A DNA stretch of 64,000 nt, from NCBI RefSeq assembly GCF_016432865.1, contig NC_067398.1, positions 295,120,001 to 295,184,000 of the forward strand, written 5' to 3'. Origin of the DNA: Antechinus flavipes (taxonomy: Eukaryota). The notes beneath the pieces are model-generated. The model was not told the origin of the DNA and ran no database searches. It was given only the letters and a program-made list of their open reading frames with translations. Positions 11,640 to 22,140 of the stretch are shown here, piece by piece (the stretch's first letter is position 1; every line of letters starts with the position of its first letter). A program made the translations under genes and the position numbers.

Positions 11640-12110
11640 AGAGAGAAGATCCATGCTGGAAGCAATATAACTAGGAAGGCCTTGATTAATAAGTTAACAA
11701 GGTACCTAAGAGAAGGAAAAATAATAAAGGCATTTAAATGCCTATTTTCACACGAGATATGATTTTATATAGTGAATCTATATACATATTGAGGGCATAT
11801 TTGATAAAGGAATTAGTAGGGAGCAGGAAGGTTTTCCCAATTGACATTCCACAATAGATTACATTTTCACCATTATACAACTAACCAAAAGATGTAGAGA
11901 ATATAGGATCCATCTGTGCATATCATTTATGGATTACAGTAAATTCTTTGACCCTGTAGAACCAAATGCCACCTTAAAGATTCTCTTCCAGCATTCTATA
12001 CACCCATGAAAATTGTTCAATATTCCATAACAATACAATCTTGTTCCTAATTATGATTCTAAACATAAGGTAAGACATAAAACAGGGCACATATGTTTAC
12101 TAAGGGTGTT
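11640..12110 (+). mobile_element. RTE LINE reverse-transcriptase fragment (may extend to ~12900)
   Basis: EQEGFPN*HSTIDYIFTIIQLTKRCREYRIHLCISFMDYSKFFDPVEPNATLK, the RTE RT signature EQAGF..STIDHIF...CREY.IPL...F.DY.KAFD. Confidence 0.88.
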
Positions 12111-13239
12111 TGCCATGAAGGAAATCCAGTGCAGAGTCCAAGTTGAAGAGGGATATGTAACAATATCCAGGAAGGGCTTGGAGTACCTCTTTTACTAAAG
12201 GGTCCCAACTTCTGAGTTCAGGTGGATCAGATTTAGTGCTGGAAAAGTCTAAGCTCTAAAGAGAGAGTTTGGGACCTCTTTGTAACACATTTTGGCTCTT
12301 TACACTGGTACTTAACACCCCTAGGAAAAATTCCTTAAAGCTTATGTTTGTATTATATCTCTCATCAAAAAGAAGTACAAGGTATATCAGGTTTGGCAAC
12401 TATTTAATTCTCCTACACAAAAGAAATGTTTAAAATGCCAAAGATTAATGAGTTTGTAATGGGGTCTGGAGAATACTCAGAGCCTCGAGAAATTATCCTT
12501 ACCATGTGTAGCTGAAGAGCCTGCTTCTAGAAGAATTGTGATAATATGAAATGGAAATATCTTGTATAGACTATGGAGAATACCTAGATATTGTATAACT
12601 GGGCCCACTCTGCTAACCATATGTTTGATAGGAGGATTTTTTGATTGGTTGCATAACCTTAAGCAAGAATCTTCAAAAAAGACTGAGTTTAATCTGGCCA
12701 CTTTGCCTCAGTGCTCTTTGGGCATCTTGGTGCCTCTTTTGTTCATGGAAGATTTGGGGCTTTTCCTCCATTTGAATTGATAAAGTCCTAAGACAAGCAG
12801 TGCTCTGGCATCCCAGCATTCCAGAGTCTGGCTTCTGTAGCTAGTACAACATCAGTGTACCAAAAAACAAGATCAAAAGAGCTTTAGGAGTTACCTTCTG
12901 GATTCAGATGAGCCAAGAAAGATGAGATGAGGATTCAATTGGCAGTTAGAAAACATCTGAATATAAACGATGCTATATAGAGAAAGGACAATGCTATGTA
13001 GAAGCTGAGCAAGAGTGTGTTGTCAGCAAAGTGCTGGGAGGAAATATGTATATGTAATTCTTACTATATCTTTGAAGTAAATATTTTGTAAAAGCTATGA
13101 AATAGTTAAGTAAATTAGGTGTAAGTGACTGGCATTTAATAGTGAGAGAAGAATATAGTTGGTTAGGAGTTAAGCTAATGGCAGTAGAGAAACATTCCTT
13201 CAAACTTCCCAAGGCAATCAAGAACAGAAATGTCAAACT

Positions 13240-13410
13240 TGTGGACCACATGTGACCAAGTATGCTGAAATAAGATTAAAATGTAATTGAGAAATTTTTA
13301 ACAAGATAAAAATCCAATAAAACATAGATAATGTCAATTTGTGATTTTCTAAGTCTTTCTAAGTAGCCTATAGGGATCCATTTCTATTTAAATTTGATGT
13401 TACTATCCTG
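13240..13410. mobile_element. Small non-autonomous DNA element (MITE-like); inverted homolog at 15530-15720
   Basis: gattaaaatgtaattgagaaat..aataaaac..tttctattt(a/g)aattt is shared in opposite orientation; superfamily not determined. Confidence 0.55.
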
Positions 13411-13633
13411 CAACATGAAAGGCATCTGTAACCTGTCTGACTCTGAGAGAAAAAGCCAGAGAATATTTACTACATTTGTACTGATAAAAATTATATACAC
13501 ACAGACATATATGATATATAACTGTTATATATATTCACATGAATATATATTCATATATATAACATAAATACATATATAACATATGTAATATATAAACATA
13601 TAATAGGCTATGTAAATATATGAGATATATTAT

Positions 13634-14085
13634 TGTAATACCTAAGAAACTGAGGGATTGGTCTTTAATCTTTATTGTGGCGAGTTGAGGTTAGCTGACC
13701 AAATGGGACTCTTGTCCAAAGCATTTGGCACAGATAAATTGAGGCAGTGAACTTATATAGGATTTTGGTTAACTAGGGCTTAACAAAAGCAGATAAGGGG
13801 GATGAGGACGCTGGGAGGACAAACCATAATTTCAGGAAAGGATCATAAAAGGATCATAACTTAATCCTGACAGGATAGGGGTCAAGATAAAAAAGTCACA
13901 GAGAGGAGAGAGTAAAATAAGGGGCAATACTCAAAAGGAGGAGGAATTATTTGAGCAAGGACTGAGATGAAGCACCTGGAGTTTATGACTCAATGGTTTG
14001 TAAGGATAATCAGAGCTCCAAGGATTTTTTAGTCCTAATGACAAGGAAGGGAGGAGTGATCATAATTTTTATTCAGGATTTACCA
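13634..14085 (-). mobile_element. Probable solo LTR (class I-like)
   Basis: TG...CA termini, AATAAA on the minus strand near one end (~13670), candidate 4-bp TSD TTAT (low complexity); splits an AT-rich tract. Confidence 0.55.
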
Positions 14086-14914
14086 TTATATAATTATATA
14101 AAAGTAATACATATGAATAATATAATATATATTTAACATAATATATAATAAAATATATCTTAAATATCTTAGGACAGTATTTAAAACATCATAATATGAA
14201 AACATTTTGCAACACTTCTAAATAGCTAGTTCATTTTCATCTTAGCTCTGTGCTGTCCAAACATCAATCCAGTGTCCATTTCTTCTATTTAGTCACAGGT
14301 CATAGCTCGCGTTCATTTTCTGCCTATGGTCTTTTTCTCTGAGAAGAATGCAATTACAAAGAATTCCTCTGGCTGCTCTAACAGGAGGAACCAGATGCTC
14401 CTCAATTTTTGAACTAACAAGGACTGCCTCCAAGGCAACCTTGCTTTTTTCAGGGTCTTTGTTCAGTCACTTATACTCAGGGAAGGAAACCCAAACCAGA
14501 AGAGGCAGTGCTTAGAAATCCAGGTTCAAGCTTACTTGGGCTAGTATGAGGGCTTAATGCCACTAGTGACAAGTTACTGTAGTTTGCCAAAAGGGAGAGG
14601 AGCCCCTTCTTCCCACCTTACAGGAAGTCTAAGAGTCTCTAATAATAATGATTTCGACTCAAAACATAGTAGGAGAAAGAAAAGGGGTGGCATTACTTTC
14701 AGGAAATTGCAAGATTTCTTTTATTAACCACAGATTTATCTCAGAAGCAAAAGTCTAACTTCTTTTTTGATTCTACCTTTCTTTGATAATATCTCTATAG
14801 TTATATTACTATAATTCTTTATAGTTCTTTATTTTTAATATGCTACAATCTGCTCACACCTACCACACTCCTTTCTGTCTCCCTTTTAGGCATTTTTCAA
14901 TTTCAATTTATCAG

Positions 14915-15080
14915 AAGAAATTGGGTTGCTCATGTGGTGAAAGTGCGAAACATCCAGGGAACAGTCCTGTCACTTGCTACTAGGTTTTCTATTTCAAGAA
15001 AAATCAAGGAAGCATTATGTGGATACCCTATGGTAAATTTAGGAGAGAATATGGATAAGAATTGCATAGAATGGACAAAT
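14915..15080 (+). mobile_element. RTE 3' end fragment
   Basis: Degenerate WAGHVAR..RW...WTRIAQ coding remnant. Confidence 0.6.
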
Positions 15081-15378
15081 ATAAATGGGTTGCATATGAG
15101 TTGTTGAAAGGAATATTAATAAGATCATAGACCCATTTGAGTATTTAAGTATATTCAACAAACTAAAAATAATAGCAATAATGTTGAAAGAAAAATAGTA
15201 GTTAATGCACTCAATAAGTTCACAGGAGACAAAATCCAAGAAAGGAACCTAATAAGACTCACTGCCTCATATGTCTATACACAATTGTACAAAATGTAGT
15301 TAAAAATAAATAACGAGATATTCTTGAAAGGAGACCAATTTGATCTATGTATGAGTCAATGAGAGGCAGTGTGACCCA

Positions 15379-15388
15379 AGAGAGAGAG

Positions 15389-15435
<47 letters not shown>
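15379..15435. repeat. (GA)n microsatellite
   Basis: Read directly. Confidence 0.95.
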
Positions 15436-15436
<1 letters not shown>

Positions 15437-15929
15437 CTCTTTGAAATAATGAAAATAGACATGGTTTAAAGTCCTTCCTCTGATACATTCTGACAGTTTT
15501 TAACCTCTCTGTGCCCTAGGCCAATGTTTATAAATTCAAATAGAAACTGGGTCACTAATCCAGACTAAAAATCTCTGAGGGACATTATTGACAGTTTTAA
15601 ATGTGATATGTGTTTTACTGAATTTTAACTTATTTTGTTAAATATTTCTCAATTATATTTTAATCTAATTTAATCTAGTTTACTTGGGAATGTTGTAAGT
15701 TGCATGCTAGCCAAGGCCTATAGGTATTAAATGCTTCTGGCCTAGGTAGCTCTTTAAGACTATAAATTACTAAAAAAAAGTATGATCTGCATTGGATTAA
15801 GGAATTTCCTTCCCTATAAAAGTATCTCTGGTACTTAAGATCTATGATTGGAATATGTTTCTATATTAAAGGGTATGATTTATTCAAAAGGAATAGAATA
15901 AGCAAAAGGGCAGGATGGAATGTCATGAT

Positions 15930-16700
15930 ATGTTAAGATGTATTACTCATATGAGGAAATGCAGGAAGCATGGTGCTTGAGAATTTGGGTAATAATTAAT
16001 GGAGACATGAAAAGAAGCCATGTTGTTAGCAGAATATGTTATCAACCATGTGAACAGAAAGAGGAAATAAATGAGGTTGAGAAACAGATCATGAGCTTGG
16101 CATAGAGTCATGATACAGTAGTGATGGGAAACTTCAGTTATGTGAACAGCTGCTAAAGCATTTTCTGTTGCCAAAAGCATGGCAGCTCTAATTTCTTGAC
16201 TTTCCTCAATGATAATTTCATCTTTAAAACTGTGAAGGAATCAACAAGGGAAAATTATATTCTGAATCTTATTCTCACCCACAGGAAGGAGTCAGTTGTT
16301 GGAGTGGAAATAATGGGAACAGTGAGAAAAATTTACTACTTCATCTTAGATTTGTAATAGAGGAGATATGAGCTATTAATTTCAAAGGATTCAGAAGGAG
16401 GACAGGTAGGATCCCATGAATTTAAGTTTTATGAGTTCATGATAGTTGGGAAATTCTCAAAAATGATGAACAATTATAATAAGGTAAAGAAAACTGTTTC
16501 AAGATAACAATGTAGATGGCACAAGGAATTCATCAATAACTTCAGATTTTAAAAAGATGTGTAAAAGATGAAAACAAAGACAAATAACAAAGGTTGAATA
16601 CAAAAATTCATTAATGTCCTGCAAGAATGGTCTTAGGAGTGCTCAAGCTCAGAAGGAGCTAAAGTTAAAGGCAAGGGCAGCTAAGGACAACACAAAAAGT
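15930..16700 (+). mobile_element. CR1/L3 endonuclease fragment
   Basis: Degenerate VVMG.F.Y...FL..LNDNFI...V.E.TR..IL.LILT. Confidence 0.75.
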
Positions 16701-18329
16701 TTTGTTTTGTTTTCTTTTTTAGTACAGCAATTATAATTGAGTCTTATTTTCAGAGGTTTTGTATGCCCCCTCAAAATTTAAAGAGGTATCTTAAAGAGCT
16801 GAGTATCTCTCTTCTCTAATGCTATTGATTCAAACCTTTACCAGTTGTACTCACCCTACCATACAGTTAGCCAATCATTAATGACTAGGACCCTAGTCTC
16901 CCATTACCAGTCATAGTGATTTCTGTCTTATCACCAGACTCCAATGATTCTGGAGAAAAGAGTAAGGTTGATAATTTTGGGCAGTTCTGACTCACTTAAA
17001 TACAATTCACAAGCATGTCAAGATGTCACCCTCGTGATGGCATTGGTCTGCTTTGAGAATGGACAGCAATAACCCTAGTCCAATTAACATCAATTAGCTT
17101 TAGAGAAGGATATGTACTTCAAAGATATTCAAAGAAACAAAAGTACAAACATTCCTTTTGCTTCTAACTCCTAAGAGAAACATTATACTACTATGCAAGT
17201 TTGTAGTAGTATAGTAGTGTATCACCTATACTACTATGGGCTCTGGAGTAAGTGTGTGTATGTGTGTACATAAAGGCAAAATGCAAATTTAGGCTTAATA
17301 TTTAAAAAAAAAAACACAACTCTTTTATGATTAGAACTATCCAAAAGTAGAATGAGTTGCCTCTGGAACAATAAGCTCCTTTTCTATAGAGGATGGAGAT
17401 ATTGTAAAAGGAATATTTTTCAGTTTGGGCTTAGATTAAGTGGTTAGTGATGTCCTTTCCAACTCTGAAGTTCTGTGAATTTCTGATTTTGTCCTTCATT
17501 ATACCTATGTCTTAGATAGACACTGGAAAATGAATTATGAATTAACGCCCATATCAAATATCAGGATAGACTATTCTGTATCTGTGTGAAGTACAATATT
17601 TTCAGTTTTTCACAAGTTCATCCCTGATATAAAAGCCCAATATTTTAATACTAATATTCTTATGGCATATTGTTATGTCAATGGAAAATCTTGATTTCAG
17701 AACACTCAAGATATTAGCAATAATTCATTTTTACATAATGCTTTAAGATTTGCAAAATGCATTACATATATTATAGCATTTGAACTTCATAACAGAAGTA
17801 TGAGGAAAGTAACTATCTCCATTTTTATATCTCCATTTGTAAATAAAAAAATTTAGGCTGAAAGAAATTAAGCCCGGTGTTACATAGCTATCTGAGTGTT
17901 TTGAGGCAGAATCTGAACCGAGGTCTGCCTGAAGCTTTCTGTTGCTAGTGATCTAAAGGGAAATAGATGAATAATATTTAATAAAATCTTGTTGCCTGAT
18001 GGAATAGTGGATATGTTAGTCATTCAATTAGTTAACTACAAGGGTTCCCTATGACTTTCAGGATGCAGCATATTATTTACCCAGTAAAGAATTGGCATAC
18101 CAGTATTATAAAAACAAAAAGAATATTGCCATGTTGGCAATACTACAACATACTACAAGAGCAAGAGCATGGATGTGTTGGAGTCAATTTCAACAAGCTT
18201 CCTAAGCTTGTTGGATAATTAAATTTTTAGTCTGAGTAATAACACCTTGGAAATCTACAAATGCTACAAATCAGTGCTTGATTTATTGTCAATTGTGTAG
18301 ACTTAAGTGATGATGAAAGTGTTAATAAT

Positions 18330-19289
18330 TACCACTCATATGAGTGTTCCAAATCACTATTGATCAGAGAAATGCAAATTAAGACAACTCTGAGATACCA
18401 CTACACACCTGTCAGTTTGGCTAAGATGACAGAAAAAAATAATGATGAATGTTGGAGGGGATGCAGGGAAAACTGGGACACTGATGCATTGTCAGTGGAG
18501 TTGTGAACGAATCCAACCATTCTGGAGAACAATCTGGAATTATGCCCAAAAAGTTATTAAACTGTGCATACCCTTTGATCCAGCAGTGTTACTTCTGGGC
18601 TTATATCCCAAAGAAATACTAAAGAAGGGAAAGGGACCTATATGTGCCAAAATGTTTGTGGCAGCCCTGTTTGTAGTGGCTAGAAACTGGAAATTGAATG
18701 GATGCCCATCAATTGGAGAATGGCTGAATAAATTGTGATATATGAATGTTATGGAATATTATTGTTCTTTAAGAAATAACCAGCAGGATGAATATAGAGA
18801 GGCTTGGAGAGACTTACATGAACTGATGCTAAGTGAAATGAGCAAAACCAGGAGATCATTATACACTTCAACAATAATATTGTATGAGGATGTTTTCTGA
18901 TGGAAGTGGATTTCTTTGACAAAGAGACCTAACTCAGTTTCAATTGATAAATAATGGACAGAAGCAGCTACATCCAAAGAAAGAACACTGGGAAATGAAT
19001 GTAAACTATTTGCATTTTTGTTTTTCTTCCCGGGTTATTTTTACCTTCTGAATCCAATTCTCCCTGTGCAACAAGAGAACTGTTCGGTTCTGCAAACATA
19101 TATTGTATCTAGGATACACTACAACATATTTAACATATATAGGACTGCTTGCCATCTAGGGGAGAAGGTAGAGGGAGGGAGGGGAAAAATCAGAACAGAA
19201 GCGAGTGCAAGGGATAATGTTGTAAAAAAAATTACCCTGGCATGGGTTCTGTCAATAAAAAGTTATTATAAAATAAAATTTAAAAAAAA
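18330..19289 (+). mobile_element. Young 5'-truncated L1 (ORF2 C-terminus plus 3' UTR)
   Basis: ORF2 cysteine-rich tail (ORF 18442..18738), A-tail, 15-bp TSD GAAAGTGTTAATAAT (18315-18329 and 19290-19304). Confidence 0.95.
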
Positions 19290-20317
19290 GAAAGTGTTAA
19301 TAATGCAGATTAAAGTTTTTTTTTAATTTTGGTTAATTTTAAACAAATTCTTTGGTTATTAAATACTTATCAGAATATCACTATAGAGGGAAGACTCTTT
19401 TATATTGATTGGTTCCTTCATGGAATATTTAAGAATGCTAAGAAGCATAGACAAGAATGACAAAAGGTAGATATTGTTAGTCTGTGATCTTCACAACTGA
19501 AAGAAATGTTCACACAGATGATTATCAAGCTACTTTTCAACTACCAAAGATGTTTAAACATTGTAATAAAGGAAGAGAATTTACTAGGATCCAAGGGGGG
19601 GGAAATAGCTGCAAAGGTCTTTAAAGGTCATCTATTCCGACTCCCTTTTCCAGATATGATATCTGAGGAGGAGAGAAGTTAAATATGACTTGTCTCAGGC
19701 CATACAGATAGTAAATAGAAAAGGTGGGGTTTGAATCTCTCTTTATACCCAATGTTCTTTGCATTTCACCATGCATGACCTAGCTAGGATGTAGAGCATC
19801 AGACTTATTTTAGTTAAGGGCTTCAACAATCATTAGTTATGTTATCCCAGACTAAATGACTTTAGTATTTTTCTGCTCCTAAGTTGTCTCTTTTGTAAAA
19901 TGGGTAAAATTCTTATGCTATTTTATCTCCAAAAACATTTGTAAAAAAATGCTTTGTGACCATCAAAGTTAAATGGAATCAGGTGTTCTAGAAGCTCCAT
20001 TCCACAATTAGTCATCTGACAATTCATTCCAGTGTTTCTCTAAACCTTCAGGATCCACAAGTCAAGTAGAATTTATCAAGCTTCTACCATGTGTCAATAA
20101 TTGTACTAGGCCTGGGAATATGAAGAAACCTCTCCTCCACATCCCTGCTTTCAGTCAAATTAAAGGGGAAGACTATGAACAAACAATCATGAATAAAGAA
20201 AATATATGCAGAATATAAACTGGAGATATTAGAGGAAAGGCTTTTTTTTTTTTTTTTGGAGCGGGGAAGAGGAATCAGATAAGACTTCTTGGAGAAAGTA
20301 CGACATGAAGGAAATAC

Positions 20318-20515
20318 GGGTAGCTAGGCTTCTTAGTGGATAGAGTACTATGTTTGAATTCAGGAAAGACTCATCTTTTTAAATTCAAATCTGGCCTCAG
20401 ACATTTTGCTAGCTGTGTGATCTTGGGCAAGTCAATCCAATTTCCTCATCTGTAAAATGAGTTTGAGACGGAAATGGCAAACCACTCCAGTATGTTTCTC
20501 AAGAAAACCCCACAA
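20318..20515 (+). mobile_element. Mar1-like CORE-SINE
   Basis: CORE domain and ggaaatggcaaaccactccagtat tail. Confidence 0.75.
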
Positions 20516-20529
20516 CTTGGCTCTTTTCA

Positions 20530-20825
20530 ATAGTGAGGTGATTCAGGCCAATTCCAATAGACTTCTGAGAGAGCCATCTCACCTTTTTGTTTAGGTTACT
20601 TTTTTTTTTCCTTTCTCATCTCTCCCCCCTTCTCCCACTTTGATCTGATTTTACTTGAGCGCATGATAAATGTGCTCATTTTGAATTACTTGCTGTTTAG
20701 TGGAGGGATAGAACGAAAGGGGGAAGAAAAATTTGGAACAAGAGGTTTTGCAAGGGTGAATGTTTATAACTATCTGCATATATTTTGAAAATAAAAAGCT
20801 ATTATTAAAAAAAATAAATAAAGAA
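20530..20825 (+). mobile_element. L1 3' UTR fragment with A-tail
   Basis: aaaatttggaacaagaggttttgcaagg...aaaataaaaagctatt-A tail, homologous to the 32352 copy. Confidence 0.75.
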
Positions 20826-21099
20826 AATTCCACAAGTGGTCACGAGGAGTTGGACAAGGTTGAACAATAATGAAGGAAGCCAGAGTTGAAGGCTGAAAAT
20901 ACAAGGAATAGGGAGATGTAGTCTACTGTTACCTGGGACAAGGCCTATTTCCTTTTCTGTAAACCAGGTGTTTCTTCTTTCTCTCAAGAAAGAAGGGTTG
21001 AATGTGGAAGGGTTGAATTTCTTTTCGTTTTTAATCTAATCTAATATGATTTATGAAAGGTCCTGCCACGAAGCAAAGGTTGAAGGGCCTATGGGCTGA

Positions 21100-22140
21100 G
21101 CTCTAAATTCAAATCTGCACATCTTCCCAGCCCCACTCGCTTCCCTAGTCACGTGCAAGATGCTAACCCCACGCATGGGCCGGTGTAAGGCTCTCCTGCC
21201 CTCGAGCGAGTGACCTGGTCTTTTCAACATCTTTTTGGAGGAAAAGGGAAAAAGAGGCATTGGGAAACGAGACAAAAAGGATCGGCAATTGTGGCAATAT
21301 GCCACTTGGTTTTTATGACAAAACTATTTTTTTAAGGAATGACGGTAACAAGTTCCAGCGTCGACCTGAGTAGATTCTATTCTGACCCATGCCCCCCTCT
21401 CTCTACTCTCTCCCCCGGCCTACCAATACAAGGGGCTGTCACGTTGACGTCACCGAGATGGAAAGCCGGATGGCTCCACCCACTTCTGCGTCGCGCAGGT
21501 CTGCCCCGCCCCCTTCTGGACAATCCTTCGTCTCCTCCCTCTCCCCTTCTCCTCCTCCTTTTCCCCTCCTTCCTCCTCCCTCCCCACCCCCCACCCCCCA
21601 TGGCGGATTGGCTGGGACGTCAGCGCTGCCAGCGTGGAAACGGCAGCGGAGGCGCAGGAGGCGGAAGTGGGACACGGGACCGTCCGGCTGCCCTCCGAGC
21701 CCGGGGCTCGTCCCGAGTCATGGACATTTCTCTGGAGAAGGTTCGTGGGAAGCCAGAACTGAGGGGAGGGGAGACCCCGCTTCTAGCCTCCCGGGCGGCA
21801 CTCCCTGATTATCCGGGCGCTGGGACGATCTTCCCTCGGGGGAGGCGGCTGCTGACTGGGGCTGGCGTCGGGGCCCGAGCCGGGCCGAGCGGGGGGCGGG
21901 GGGCGGGGCTGTTCCCGAGGAGGGGGCTGCGGGCCGAATGGGCAGCGGGAGCGGGCTGCCCGGGGCTGCGCGGCTTGGTGGGATTGTGAGCCCATGCATA
22001 CGTCACGGGGGGCGGCGGCGGCGGCGGGTACGAGCCCCGAGGGCTGTCCTCTGGGGCGGGGGGCGGCAAATTGACGCTTGTTTGGGTCTGGCCTCGGTGT
22101 CAGCACGTGACGGGTTGTAGCTGCAGAGCTGCAGGAAGCG
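21100..22140. promoter_or_regulatory. CpG-island promoter of PDXDC1
   Basis: Sharp GC/CpG-rich island in an AT-rich, CpG-depleted background, surrounding exon 1. Motifs: GTCACGTG 21148-21155, CCAAT 21423-21427, full CRE TGACGTCA 21445-21452, GC box ~21504-21511, ATTGG 21607-21611, ETS-like GGCGGAAGTG ~21660-21669, CACGTGAC 22104-22111. No TATA box seen. Confidence 0.9.
21720..21740 (+). CDS. PDXDC1: PDXDC1 coding exon 1 (MDISLEK)
   Basis: ATG in strong context (GtcATGG) inside the CpG island; donor AAG|gttcgt at 21741; phase 0. Confidence 0.92.

Noticed and set aside
11728-11743. Perfect 16-bp palindrome AGGCATTTAAATGCCT
   Set aside because: About one such palindrome is expected by chance in 64 kb, and it lies within an RTE fragment.
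11770-11925. Minus-strand TDGS and NMYIDSLY resembling retroviral RNase H motifs (plus QYLG at ~12590)
   Set aside because: The + strand of the same bases gives a much stronger RTE reverse-transcriptase signature (EQEGF..STIDYIF...CREY..DY.K.FD). The minus-strand motifs lack the catalytic Glu and need frameshifts.
1-21100. Search for a neighbouring gene such as MPV17L upstream
   Set aside because: No exon-like segment with recognisable protein similarity; the region is almost entirely transposon-derived.
21339-22120. Many overlapping ORFs on both strands in the CpG island
   Set aside because: Low-complexity Pro/Gly/Arg translations are expected from GC-rich, stop-poor DNA; only MDISLEK is supported by homology and splicing.
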